Below are positions 12,271 to 25,824 of a stretch of 64,000 nt of DNA, one piece after another (the first letter of the stretch is position 1; the number at the start of each line of letters is the position of its first letter). The position numbers and the translations under genes were made by a program. The stretch covers positions 29,824,001 through 29,888,000 of the forward strand of contig NC_045697.1 of assembly GCF_009834535.1 (NCBI RefSeq), in the 5' to 3' direction. Source of the DNA: Camelus ferus (Eukaryota). Below the pieces are notes generated by a model that worked only from the letters and a program-made list of their open reading frames with translations, did no database searches and had not been told where the DNA came from.

Positions 12271-13589
12271 TAGAAGTAAAAGGAAAACTTCTATAAAGAT
12301 CATCATCCCAACTATACCTGCCCCTCCCTCTGTCCTCCGCTTTCCCTTAACAGCTGTTCATTGAGCATCTTCTATGTGCATGGTACTGTTAGTTGCTAGG
12401 AAACAGTTCCACCTCTATGACTCCCAAGCACATTCTCTGAAACCTTTCAGAAAGATACATTTTGGCAGGAGAGTGGTTAGGACTTTGACGAAGAACCATT
12501 ACAGGAGCAGAATAAACCACAGCTGATGGGTGTAACTATTTTTACCCCCTTTCTTTTCACCGATCTCTTTCCCCTTGGTTGAGACCTGGCTCCCTGTCTG
12601 CATTCAGGTAGTCCTGGAACAGAAATGATTATTAACAGGAGGAAGAAAGCATGTGTAGTTAGTGTGTGTCCTGCCAGGCGTGGTGCTGGGTGCTCCACTT
12701 CTGTCATCCTGTTTAGTCCTTGTGTAACCCAGATATCCATTGCCCACTGAACAGGTTCAAGGTTCTCTACTCTGCCTGTTCCAGTGAGTTTCACTCATGT
12801 TAAGACTGGCAGGCAGGCTGGTCAGGACTGATCTCATGTGGCTCCAGGGACCTCAAACGGTGCCCCTCACAGTGGTACTTCTCTTGGTACCTCCTACTTG
12901 CATCTCCACTCTTAGACCCCTCACCGGTGTTGGCCCCTGGTGTTCTAAGCAAATACAAGTTCTGCTACAATTTATGTTTCTGTGGTGTGAATTATTGCAT
13001 ATGCAATTGGGAAATCAGGAGTAATGCTTTTAAGATGCAAGTTGCAATGGTTCATGTGAGATTGTTCTTAGCACCTTAGTATTTGCACCGCCAATTGGTA
13101 GTAACTGAAAGGGAAGGAGGCTATAAAAGTGAACCACGAATGCGATGGCACCTTGTTCTTGCTCTGGGCTTCGCTTGGCTTAGTGCTTATTAAAAGGTCT
13201 GATTTTCCTGAACTTTCTGCACTTTATCTTATCTCCATGATGCAGCAGCTTCAGTCTTTCCTCACACCCTTTCCATCCTGCACCCTTGCCCTGCTCCACC
13301 TTTTTGGCAAAAGTCCCATTTTTATTCTATGATAGGAAATAGAAAACATCTTTTTAATCTGTGCTGGTAATTTTCAGTTTCTTATTGTTTTTGTTAGTGT
13401 TCTGGTTACAAAGTTGAATGGGATTTGAGCCTTCTGCCCCAACTCTGAATTTTCCATAAACCCTGTTACTTTTTAGTGTGTGATTTTTGCCACATATGAG
13501 GTTTTTGATTACTTGTCCTACTTTGGGACATTATTCATTCATTTTCCAGGGATATGCATATTGTTTTATAGTAGAAATACTTGGATCTT

Positions 13590-13842
13590 TTTAAAAATTA
13601 TTATTATTTTTACATTTTTTATTGAGTTATAGTCATTTTACAATGTTGTGTCAAATTCCAGTGTAGAGCACAATTTTTCAGTTATGCATGAACATACATA
13701 TATTCATTGTTGCTTTTTTTTTTTTTTTTTGCTGTGAGCTACCACTAGATCTTGTGTATATTTCCCTGTGCTACACAGTATAATCTTGTTTATCTGTCCT
13801 GCATATGCCTGTCAGTATCTACAAATTTCGAACTCCCAGTCT
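13590..13842 (-). mobile_element. Young 5'-truncated L1 3' end (camelid-type) with 19-bp TSD
   Basis: T-rich tail, then ttgagttatagtcattttacaatgttgtgtcaaattccagtgtagagc. TSD gtagaaatacttgga(t/c)ctt at 13571-13589 and 13843-13861, one mismatch. Confidence 0.85.
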
Positions 13843-15174
13843 GTAGAAATACTTGGACCTTAATGTTTCATGCACACTTACTACCTCTCACTCACATGCT
13901 CATACACACAGATTAGGGGCTTGGGTCCTAAGGAAACTTTTTTAGGAACTTCACATTTCCTGTCTACTATCAGATGACCTTGGATAACATTCCTGGGAGG
14001 AGATCCTACTGTTTTTGGAGAAGTGGAATAGTGTAGTTTTTTTTTTTTCCCCCTGAGTCATCTTTCCATGGGATTCTGTACCTTGGTGGTACTTAAAAGC
14101 AGCATTCTTCTCCCCAAGGGAACCCACAAGAGTTATTTGTTGTAGGTGAGAAGCTCTTGGGAGATGAGCTGGAAATGAAGAAACTGGTTGTTAGCTTCTA
14201 GGCTGTTACTCGTGTGGCCTTCCTGAGCCAGTCTATGCCTGTTGGCAACTTGTCGCAGTTTGGGACATTATTCACTCATTTATCATATATTTATTGAGCA
14301 TGTCCCAGGAACTCAGTAGTAGATGAGACAAATGTGGTCCCCACCCTCGTGGGGCTACATTCTACTAGGAGACCCTGAACACAGAGTTCTGGGGCGGGGG
14401 GCAGAGGGCATGTTCAGAAAGGGAAGAACAGCTTGTATGGAATATGGAGAGAGGGGGTCCACAGGGCCTCGGGCAGCCTTTCTCAGGAAGTGCTGTTTCA
14501 GCTGAGACCCAAAGGATGAGCGGGAACTGGCCAGACAAAAGGGAGAAGGAGATCGTCTTCCGGATGGAGGCTGTGGGCTGTGCGAAGACTCCAAAGGAAG
14601 AGTCAGAGGAGCCCAGTGAGGCAGCGGTGCTGGGAGTCAGGGCAAGGGAGGTGCAGAGTGAAGCTGGAGGCTGTCGGGGGAGGGAGGGCTGGCTCTCTCT
14701 GGGAGGACAGCCATCAGATTTTCTCCAAACTTCCTCAGATTACCATAGTTCATGACAATAATTTATGAGGGAGAGCAGTAGTGAAGAGGCAGATGGGGTG
14801 GGGCTGGGGATGATGCCTCAGGATGCTGGAGGCCAGTATTGGCTTTAGACATGTTTTCAGTAATTTTAAAGAAACTCTCCAAATGAATCTCTTCACCCAG
14901 TATGCTACTTGATAGTTGCTGCTACCTGGAAAGGAGAATATTTTATCCAAATGAGGCCCCAGGCATCTCCCCAGCCCTACCTTCTAATGCATATGGGAAC
15001 TTGGTTCCGCAGTGGCCTGATGGACCCTGGGGTTGCTCTGACATGATAAACCACTGACTTTTAGTTTCCATCAAGAGTTGTGAATTGTGTAATGTGTTAA
15101 AAAAGTTTGCCTTTTCATTTGGTTTTATATGAGTGTGTGTTTAGTAATTTTTTCATTCAGACATTCTTTTGTGT

Positions 15175-15690
15175 ATTTTAGTATTCTGTTGGTTCCCACC
15201 AAAAGAAATCCAGCCTAAACTGGCTTTAGAAAAAAAAGATGGTTTATTGGCCTATTGACAGTCTGGAGGTAGAGTCCTACTTCAGACAAGGCTGACTCAG
15301 CAGCTCAGTGATATCAGTAAGGACAGGGGCTCTCTCAGCCTTTCTACAGTGCTGTCCATTGTCTGGCTTTCTGCTCAGGCTTTGTGTAATGCATCCACAC
15401 CTGCCCCACCCATCCCAGGAAGTCCAGGCTTTTCAACTTGAGGGCTAGCCTAAACAAGAGTAACTCCAGTCCTCATATTCTCTTTACACCCTGTAGGCAG
15501 AGAGAGGAGACATATCCCTCTTTTGTGATCACCAGGGAAATACATGAGTCGATTAGCTTCAGCCAATCAGTGTTGACCCCAGTCCCTCCCTACTAAGGGA
15601 TGGTAGGTCCATCCCTACCACTGGCTGCCACCAAACTGTGAAGTGGTGAATTCCTTAAAGGAGAATCTGGGGAAGGAGATGATGAGGAGG
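15175..15690 (-). mobile_element. Old MaLR LTR (MLT1K/L-like)
   Basis: agaaatccagcctaaactggctttag..ggtttattggc..cttcagacaaggctgactcagcagctcagtgatatc. Confidence 0.5.
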
Positions 15691-16014
15691 TCACTAACCA
15701 ATGTTACTAACTTTGTAATTAAAATGCCATAATACATAGGAACACATACATAGGTGGCAAGACTATAGAGAAAAGCAAGGAAATAATAAAGAAACAAAAC
15801 AGTGGCTACTTCTTGGAGGTAAGCATGGGATTGTAATCTAAGATTGGTTTAAAAAGGCATTAATAGATTATTTTATTCCTATTTTTATTAGACTAGAAAA
15901 GGGTTAGTTTTATAGATATCATTGAATGTCAAGTACCCAACCCAGCACCTAATTGGTGCTACTAAATGTAGTTGAGTGAATCAGATTGATTTTGAAGTAT
16001 TGATTTAAGAAATA

Positions 16015-16513
16015 GCATAACTCACACAACTCAGTAACAATACCACAATCTGATTAAAAGATGGGCAGAGGAACTGAATAGACATTTTTCCAAAGAGGAC
16101 ATACAAATGGCCAACAAATACATGAAAAGGTATTCAATATCACTAATCATCAGGGAAATTAAAATCAAAACCGTAATGAGGTATCTCTTCACACTTGTTA
16201 GAATGGCTATTCTCAAAAAACAACAAATATCAAGTGTTAGTGAGGATGTGGAGAAAAGGGAACCCTTGTACACTGTTGGTGGGCATGTAAATTGGTGCAG
16301 CCATTATGGTAAAATTAAAATAGATTATCATATGATTAACAATTCTACTGCTGGGTATTTTTCCAAAGAAAACAGAAACACTGATTCAGAAGGATATATG
16401 CACCACTATGTTCATCACAGCATTATTTATAATAGCCAAGATATGGAAGCAACCTAAGTGCCCATCAACAGATGACTGGATAAAGAAGATGTGGTATATA
16501 TATGTGTGTGTAT

Positions 16514-16544
<31 letters not shown>

Positions 16545-16725
16545 AGAATACTACTCAGCCGTAAAAAGAATGACATTTTCCCATTTGCAGCAACATGGAT
16601 GGACCTTGAGGGCATTATGCAAAATGAAATGTCAGACAGAGAAAGACAAATATTGTATGATCTCACTTATCTATGGAATCTTAAAAAAAAAAAGAAGTTG
16701 AACTTATAAAAACAGAGGGTAGAAT
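16015..16725 (+). mobile_element. L1 fragment: ORF2 C-terminal region plus start of 3' UTR, with internal deletion and (CA)n
   Basis: Translations [38 protein letters not shown] and [32 protein letters not shown] are L1 ORF2p C-terminus. Frameshifted. (CA)n at about 16514-16540. Confidence 0.92.
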
Positions 16726-18229
16726 CTGATTTCTACATTTAACTTTGTATCTCAGGTAAGGATGTATTTTTTTGGAGCCTGAAGCCTAGAAATAGCAAAA
16801 CCACGCAGTTGCTGTTTGCTGGACCCTCCAGGGCTGGAGAATGTTGGGCTCTGTGCCCCCGCGCTCCCCAGGCATGCGGGCTTCTAAAAGTGGATATGGC
16901 GGCTGTCACCCACTGATCCTCTGGTTGAGTGACCCAGATTGGCACAGCACAGCTGGATCCTATGCAGAGCCTGTACGGGAAGGAGGAGGTTAAAAATAAA
17001 AACTGGGTGGATAGTTTAGGCAGAGTTAGGATACTCGAAAAGCTCACTGGTTTCTTTGCTAGTCCTTGGTCAGATTTTCACTTCTTAAAAAAATTTTTTT
17101 TTAAGGGCTAGTGATGGTTAGAGGGATGGCTTTCAGGTTTCTTAAATTTGGTAAAATAGATTCAGATAGCACAGCAAAACAAAGTCTAGGGTGCTTTTTC
17201 TATATGTAGAAAATTTGAGTTCAGAACATTTTGCCACAACATGAGTTTTTTAATACATCCCATTATTCAACATTCAAGTCTTTAATAAACTATTTTTCCA
17301 AAGACATCTCTTTTATGGAATTACTCTCTGAAATAAGAACCTCTCTCTCTCTCCTCTTTCTCTGATAATAGAGTGAAATGAGATTGTCATTAGAGGTTTG
17401 TTTTAAAAAAATACAGTTTTCTTTGTTATAAAATGAAAGAGTAAGAGTGTTTAAATATGGTGTCAATTATCCAACAAGAGTAGTTTTTGAATCTTGTCAT
17501 TTTTTGGATTTTGACATTTCTATTTTAAAGTGTGGATTTGCTAATTTTTGAAGCTCTGGTCCTTATTACTAAAAACTTTGAGTTTCATTTTTGGCACTTG
17601 ACCAAGTTTTTTTTTTTTTTTAAGTGCAAAAGCAGATTCTATGTCACATTTTCCTCAGTTACTGATAGCTTTGAACTACGTGAGATTCTTCTTCCTCCTG
17701 AATGCTTTGTGTCTTTTATGTAAGCATCTCTCTGTAATCTACAGACTGAAAATTAAATCCCCAAATGGGCTTTGCCTTGCAATAGCAATTTAAAAGAATA
17801 CTAAATATTGATATTTAAAATATATAGTGAATGTGAATATAAATTATTTTTAAAATAAAATTTTAAAAAAGATTTTTAAAAAACCCTTGTGGAGACACAT
17901 TTCTGAGAAAACATTTTTTCTGCAATGTTTAGTTTGGAATAAGAGTTCTAAGAATTTTCTTACATATCATTAAGTTACTCATTATTTTAAAGTCTACTAA
18001 GAGACTAATAATGGTTATGAGTAGCTTGATAGAAATATTCTAGAATTAGTGGTGATGGTTGCCCATTTATTTATAGTACTTAGTAAAAATATGAAACAGT
18101 TCTGAATTATACATCAAAAAGTGTGTTTTATATTTTAAAAATCTGTTAAGAGCTCTTAGTGTTGTTAGCACTATTCTCAGCCCTCAAGATATGTAAAAAA
18201 AAAACACATGAAATTAAGACTTCTAGGTA

Positions 18230-18660
18230 TATATTAATCAGCTCTTGGTACAATAGTGCAGTGTGACAAACCACCCCCCAAACTCACAGAGGCGGACAGC
18301 AGCAGTATTTTTTTTTATTTGCTCGCAGATCCAAGCATCCGCTGGAGCAGTTCTGTTTAAGGCTCTGGGTCAATCAAGGCTGTGGTTTGGGTTCAGGTCT
18401 GCTTCATGTGTGTTTGTTCTCCTTGGATTAGAGGCTACCTGGGAGATGTCTTTATGGCAAATGAATGACAGGTGCACCAGAGCCCTGCCAAATCATGCAG
18501 TGGATTTGAAGTCTCCACTTGCATCACAGCTACTCATATTCCACTGCCAAAGCAAGTGATGTGGCCAAGTCCAAAGTCAGTGGGACAGGAAAAGACATCT
18601 GCTTACAGTGGAAGGGAGGAGAGTGAATATTCTTCAGACAACACTTCAGTCTATCACAAA
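18230..18660 (-). mobile_element. MaLR solo LTR (MLT1H/J-like)
   Basis: tatattaatcagct..gtgacaaaccacccccaaactca..ctcatattccactgccaaagcaagtgatgtggccaagtccaaagtcagtggg..ctatcaca. Confidence 0.65.
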
Positions 18661-18669
18661 GAGTTTGCG

Positions 18670-19990
18670 GTTCCTGGTAGCTGCAGAGGAGGAAGTGAAC
18701 ATTTCTCCCTGGGTAGGGATCAGTATTTTGAGGAGATGGATGTGGGTTGAGTCTTGATAAATGAGCAAATGTTGTCAGTTGGATGAGGAAGGTAAAGGTG
18801 AGGAGAGGTGAGAGCAAGGGCTGGAGAAGGATTTTCTAGATCATGACAACAGTTTGAGCAGAGGCATGAACTTGGCAGGAGCGGGGTGTGTTTAGGAAGC
18901 AGCAGGGCCGCGTATAGCATTTGGGAAAGGCTGCGGGGAGAAAAGACTGGGTCATGGTAAGGAAGGCCTTGTGCATCATGACTTAGGGCTTGGTGTCAGA
19001 ACTAAAAGAATTGGATGGGCTCTGGAATCAGACAGCTGGACTTTAAAACTTGGCCCATCCATTTACTAGCTCTGTGACTGTGGGAACCTTACTTAGCATC
19101 CCTGTGCCTTAGTTCATCATCTGTAAAATGTTAAGAGTACTTTGAGTGCCTACCTCATGAACTGTTTGGATTAAAAAGTTAATACATGTAAAGCCCATCT
19201 AAAAGTGCTTGACATATAGTCAGGTGCTCAATAGCAGTTAACAGCTATTAGTATTTTTAAATGAAGTTTAGATTTTATCTGTAAACAATGGGGAATAATC
19301 AAAAGTAAGGAAGGGACCTTTATATTACGTTTCGGGAAGATAACCCTGGTGGCAAGGAAGGAAATGATTGTAGTGGCCAATACTGAAGCAGGGACCCCAG
19401 AGGGTTGTTACAGGAATGTAGATAAAAGATGATGATGGCAGCAAAGTGGAAGTGAATGTGAGAGACACTAAGGATGTAATATTGATGGGATTTAGAGACT
19501 GAATGGATGGAGGAAGTGAGCGAAATGGGGAAATGAGAGTGACTTCCAAATTTATGGCCTGATTAACTGGGTAGTATAATTTCCTGAGGTAGGGAACATA
19601 GGAAGATGAATGAGGTTAGAAGAAAGGATGAGTTCAGGTTTGAATGTGTTATTGGAGGAGCCTATGAGATAGTCAAGAATATTTAAGAAGCAGGGTCCTT
19701 TGGCTGTAAGAGGACAGTGTGAACTTTGATTGCAGTGACTGCAGTGGTTTAAGGCTTGGTGGGAGTTGCAAAAGCTCAGAGAGGGAGTGTAAATTATTAT
19801 TTCATGGTGCTTGACAGTGAAGAAGGGAGACTCCTTTAAATAGCAGGGATAGAAGGAACATAAAGTTACAGTAGGATTTTTTTTTTTTTCTGTATTTGAA
19901 GATGGGAGAGACTTGAACATATTAGTTGGCTTTGAGAGAGGAGGAGGGGAGACATTGATTATATAAGAATGAGAAAGAATGGCTGATAAG
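18670..19990 (-). mobile_element. L2 LINE remnant interrupted by a + strand MIR (about 19015-19250)
   Basis: Purine-rich reversed L2 (ttgagtcttgataaatgagc.., gatgagttcaggtttgaatgtg..). Nested MIR: ggctctggaatcagacagctgg..catttactagctctgtgac..catctgtaaaatg..ggtgctcaata. Confidence 0.65.
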
Positions 19991-20097
19991 ACAATGTTCC
20001 TGAGACATACAGGGAGAGAATTGAGAGAGGAGATAGCAATAGAAGAGGGGATATTTCTAGATATTTGTTAAGAAAACTGTTAAAAGTTTTGTGATGG

Positions 20098-20410
20098 TAC
20101 ATTAGTTATCTGTTGCTGCATAACAAATTAACCTTAAACAGCAACTTATATAAAAAAAAATTTATCATTTCTCAGTGTCTGTGAATCAGAAACTTGGAAC
20201 GATTAGATGGATGGTTTTGTTTCAGGGTCTTTTTTGAGGCTGCAAACAAGATACTGGTTTGGGCTGAAATCATCTGAAGGCTTGACTGGGGCTGGAAGTT
20301 CACATGGCCCACTCATGTGAGCAGGAGCTTCAGGTCTTTGCTGGCTGTTGACAGGAGGTCTCAGTTCCTTGCTATGTAGGTCTTCCCATAGGACTGCTTG
20401 TGTGTGCTTT
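20098..20410 (-). mobile_element. MaLR LTR (MLT1F/G-like), left piece, split by the L1
   Basis: attagttatctgttgctgcataacaaatt..catctgaaggcttgactggggctgga..ggaggtctcagttccttgc..ggactgcttg. Confidence 0.78.
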
Positions 20411-20849
20411 TTAAAAAAATTGTTACCACCTTACCACTCCTCCTGGCCCGACTGCTATTTTTTTCCTACATATTCACATTCTTTCAATCATTAAGTCTTT
20501 AAAAAATTTTTAAAAATTGAAGTATAGTTGATTTACAGTGTTTATTAGTTTCAAGTGTATAGCAAAGTGATTCAGATATATAATATTCTTTTTAAGATTC
20601 TTTTCCATTATAGGTTATTACAAGATATTGAATATAGTTCCCTATGCTATACAGGATGTCACTGTTGTTTATATATTTTATATATAGTAGTGTGTATATG
20701 TTAAGCCCAAGCTCCTAATTTTATCCCTCCCTCTCCTTTCATCTTTGGTAACCATAGTTTGTTCTGTATGTCTGCAAGTCTATTTCTGGTTTTAAGTAAG
20801 TTCATTTGTATCATTTTTTTTTAAGATTCCACATATAAGTGATATCCTA

Positions 20850-23800
20850 TGATATTTATCTTTCTCTGTCTGACTTACTTCACTTAATATGGTGATCTCT
20901 AGGTACATCCATGTTGCTGGAAATGGCATTATTTCATTCTTTTTAAATAGCTGAGTAACATTCCATTGTATAAGTAGGCCATATCTCTTTATCCATTCAT
21001 CTGTCAATGGACATTTAGGTTGTTCCCATGTCTTGACTATTGTCAGTAGTGCTGCTATGAATATTGAGGTGCATGTATCTTCTTGCGTTAGAGTTTTCTC
21101 TGGATATGTGCCCAGGAGTGGGATTATCATTTGGAAACTCTATTTTTAGTTTTTAAAGGAACCTCCATATTGTTCTCCATAGTGGCTGCACTAATTTATA
21201 TATTTATAGGAGGGTTCCCTTTTCTCTGCACCCTCTCCATCATTTATTATTTGTAGACTTTTTAATGATGGCTGTTCTGACTGGTGTGAGGTGATACCTA
21301 ATTGCAGTTTTGATTTGCATTTCTCTAATAATTAATGATATTGAGCATTTTTTCATCTTATTGGCTATCTGTATGTCTTCTTTGGAGGAATGTCTATTTA
21401 GGTCTTCTGCCCATTTTTTGAGTAGATTGTTTTTTTCTTTTTAATATTAAGCTGTATGAGCTGTTTGTATATTTTGGAAATTAATTCCTTATTGGTCACA
21501 TCATTTTCAAATATTTTCTTCCATTTTGTAGGTTGTCTTCATTTTGTTTATGGTTTCCTTTGCTGTGAAAAAGTTTTTTAAGTTTAGTTAGGTCCCATTG
21601 GTTTATTTCTGCTTTTATTTCCATTGCTCTAGGAGACAGATCCAAAAAAATATTGCTGCGATTTATGTCTAAGAGTGTTCTGCCTATGTTTTCCTCTAGG
21701 TGTTTCATAGTATACGGTCTTAAATTTAAGTAATCCATTTTGAGTTTATTTTTGTATATGGTGTTAGAGAATGTTCTAATTTCATTCTTTTACATGTAGC
21801 TGTCCAGTTATTGAGGAGACTATTTTTCCTCCATTGTATATTCTTGCCTCCTTTGTCATCAATTAATTGACCATAAGTGCTTGGTTTTATTTCTATCCTG
21901 TTCCATTGACCTGTATGTCTGTTTTTGTGCCAGAACCATACTCTTTTGATTACTATAGCTTTGTAGCATAGTCTGAAGCCAGGGAGCCTGATTCCTCCAG
22001 CTCCATTCTTCTTTCTCAAGATTGTTTTGGCTATTCAGAGTTTTTTGTGTTTCCATACAAAGTTAAAAATTTTTTGTTCCAGTTCTATAAAAAATGCCAT
22101 TGGTAAATTGATAAGGATTACACTGAATCTGTATATTGCCTTGTGTAGTATTGCCATTTTAACAATATTGATTCTTCCAATTCAAAAACATGGTACATCT
22201 TTCCATCTATTTGTGTTGTTTTCAATTTCTTTCATCAGTGTCTTATAGTTTTTGGAGTACAGGACTTTTGCCTCCTTAGGTAGGTTTATTCCTGGGTATT
22301 TTATTCTTTTTGATACAATGGTAAATGGGACTGTTTCCTTAATTTCTTTTTCTGATACTTTGTTGTCAGTATATAGAAATGCACCAAAATTCTGTATATT
22401 AATTTTGTAAACTGCAATTTACCAAATTCATTGATGATCTCTAGTAGTTTTCTGGTCACTTCTTTAGGGTTTTTCTATGTATAGTATCATGTTATCTGCA
22501 AACAGTCACAGTTTTACTTCTTCTTTTTCAATTTGGATTCCTTTTATTTCTTTTTCTTTGATTGCTATGGCTAGGACTTCCAAAACTATGTTGAGTAAAA
22601 GTGGCAAGTGTGGGCATCTTTATCATGTTCTTGATTTTAGAGGAAATGATTTCAGCTTTTCACCACTGAGTATGATGTTAGCTGTGGGTTTGTATATATG
22701 GCCTTTATTATTATGTTGAGTTATGTTCCCTCTTTACCCACTTTCTGGATATTGAATTTTATCAAAAGCTTTTTCTGTGTCTATTGAGATGATTCTATAG
22801 TTTTTTATTCTTCAATTTGTTAATGTGGTGTATCATATTGATTAATTTGTGGATACTGAAAAATCCTTGCATCCTTAGAATAAATCCCACTTGATCATGG
22901 TGTATGATCATTTTAATGCATTGTTGGATTCTATTTGCTAGTAGTTTGTTGAGGATTTTTGCACCTATGTTCATCAGTGATATTGGCCTGTAATTTTCTT
23001 TTTTTTTGTGATGTCTTTGTCTGGTTTTGGTATCGTGGTGATAGTGGCCTCATTGAATGAGTTTGGAAGTGTTCCTTCCTCTGCAATTTTTTGGAATAGT
23101 TTCAGAAGGATAGGAGTTAACCTTTCTCTTAATGCTTGATAGAATTCGCCCATGAAGCCATCTGATCCCGGACTTTTGTTTGTTGGAAGTTTTTAAATTA
23201 CTGATTTGATTTCAGTATGGGTAATTGTCTGTTCATATTTTCTGTTTCTTCCTGGTTCAATTTTGGGAGATTGTACCTTTCTAGGAATTTGTCCATTTCT
23301 TCTAGGTTGTCTATTATATTAGCATATAGTTGCTTGTAGTAGTCTCTTATAATCCTTTGTATTTCTGTGGTGTTTTTTGTAACTTCTCCTTTTTCATTTC
23401 TGATTTTATTGATTTGGGCCCTCTCGCTTTTTTTCTTGATGAGTCTGGCTAAAGATTTATCAATTTTGTTTATTTTTCCAAAGAACCAGCTTTTAGTTTC
23501 ATTGATCTTTTCTATATTTTTAGTCTCTATTTCATTTATTTCTGCTCTAATATTTATTATTTCTTTCCTTCTACTAACTTTGGGTTTTGTTTGTTATTTC
23601 TCTGGTTGCTTTAGATGTAAGGTTAGGTTGTTTATTTGAGATTTTTCTTGTTTCCTGAGGTAAGCTTGTATCACTATAAACTTCCCCTTAGAACTGCTTT
23701 TGTTGTGTCCTATAGGTTTTGATTGTCATGTTTTCATTTTAATTTGTCTCTAGGTGTTTTTTGATTTCCTTTTTGATTTCTTCAGTGATCCATTTGTTTT

Positions 23801-24542
23801 TTAGTAGCATATTGTTTAACCTCCACGTGTTTGTGTTTTTTGCAGTCTTTTTCTTGTACTTGATTTTTAATATCATAGTGTTGTAGTTGGAAAAGATGTT
23901 TGATGATTTCTGTTTTCTTAAATTTTCCAAGGCTTGCTTTGTGGCCCAGCATCTGATTTATCCTGTACACTTGAAAGGAATGTGTATTTTGCTGCTTTCA
24001 GATGGAATACTCTATTAACGTCAGTTAAATCCATCTGGTCTGATATGTCATTTAAAGCCTGTGTTTCCTTATTGATTTTCTGTCTGGATGATCTGTCCAT
24101 TGATTTAAGTGAGTTGTTAAAGTCCCCCACTATTATTGTATTACTGCCAGTTTTCCCCTTTATATCTGTTAACATTTTCCTTATATATTGAGGCACTCCT
24201 GTGCTGGGTGCATGTATGTTTTCAATTGTTATATCTTCTTGGATTGATCCCTGGATCATTATGTAGTGTCTTTCTTCATCTCTTGTAACAGTCTTTATTG
24301 TAAAGCCTATTTTGTCTGATATAAATATTGCTACTCCAGCTTTCTTTTGGTTTCCATTTGCATGGAATATCTTTTCCATCCCCTCACTTTCAGTCTGTGT
24401 ATGTGTCTAGATCTGAAGTGAGTCTCTTATGGGCAGCAAATATATGGGTCTTGTTTTTGTATCCATTCAGCCAGTTTTTTGGTTGGAGCATTTGTTTATT
24501 TACATTTAAGGTAATTATTGATATGCATGTTCTTGTTGCTCT
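20850..24542 (-). pseudogene. L1 ORF2 remnant (APE endonuclease / reverse transcriptase)
   Basis: EKIFHANGNQKKAGVAIFISDK (endonuclease). RT motif FADD is mutated to FADN at 22491-22502. Also [33 protein letters not shown] and FIAALLTIVKTWEQPKCP. Fragmented over several frames. Confidence 0.92.
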
Positions 24543-24934
24543 TTTGCAACCTTTTTCACCCTTTCTTCTTTTGTTCTCTTCTCTTGTGATTTAATGACTA
24601 TCCATGGTATTAAGTTTGAATTCCTTTTTTTTTTTTTTGGTTTGTATATTATTTTAAGTTGTTGATCTCTTAATTTCAAATGTATTTTAAAAACCCTACA
24701 ACTGTACTCTCCTCGCCTCATGATTACTGTTTTTGATGTCATATTTTATATCTAATTGTTTTGTGTATTCCTTACCTGCTTATTGTGGGTATAGATGATT
24801 TCCCTACTTTTGCCTTTTAACCTTCCTATTAGTTTGTGTTTATATGATTTCCTACCTATACTGTATGTTTGCCTTTACTAGTTAACTTTTCCAGTTAGTA
24901 ATCTCTTATTTCTAGTTGTGGCCTTTTCTTTTCT

Positions 24935-25824
24935 GTCCAGACAAGTTCCTTTAGCAGTTATTGTAAAGCTGGCTTGATGGTGCTAAATTCTTTTAGCTTT
25001 TGCTTATCTGTAAAGCTTTTGATTTCTCTATCAAATCTGAATGAGAGCCTTGCTGGGTAGAGTATTCTTGACTGTAGGTTTTCCACTTTCATCACTTTAA
25101 ATATCATGCCACTCCCTTCTGGTTTGGAGAGTTTCTACTGAGAAATCAGCTAGTAATCTTATGGGAGTTCCCTTGTATGTTATTTGTTGCTTTTGCCTTG
25201 TTGCTTTTTAATATTCTCTCTTTATCTTTAATTTTTGTCATTTTAATTCCGATGTGTCTCGATGTATTCCTCTTAGGGTTAATCTTGTATGGGATTCTGT
25301 GTGCTTCCTCAACTTGAGTAACTGTTTCCTTTCCCAGGTTAGAGAATTCTTCAGCTGTTATCTCTTCAAATATTTTCTCAGGCCCTTTCTCTCTGTCTTC
25401 TCCTTCTAGGACCCTTATAATGTGAATATTACTGCACTTGATGTTGTCCCAGAGGTCTCTTAAATTGTCCTTATTTCTTTTCATTCTTTTTTCTGTTATG
25501 TAATAGTGATTTCCACTACTCTGTCCTCCAGCTCACTGATCTTTTCTTCTGCCTCGTTTAGTGTACTAGTGATTCCTTCTAGAGTATTTTTCATTGCAGT
25601 TATTGTATTCTTCAACTCTATTTGGTTGTTCTTTATATTTTCGAACTTTTTGTCAAAGATTTCTAATTTCTCACTCTGTTCATTCTCCTCTTGAGTTCTT
25701 TGATCATCTTTACAATCATTATTCTGAACTCTTTCTTGGGTAGATTGCCTATCTTCATGTCACTTAGTTCTTCTAGGATTTTATCTTGTTCCTTTGTCTG
25801 GAACATATTCCTCTGCTGCCTCAT
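24935..25824 (-). pseudogene. L1 ORF1 remnant
   Basis: ATG at 25824 reads MRQQRNMFQTKEQDK... Track ORF 25146-25484 (KRNKDNLRDLWDNIKCSNIHIIRVLEGEDREKGPEKIFEEI..PKRNTSRHIGIKMTKIKDKERILK) is ORF1p. Interrupted. Confidence 0.88.
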
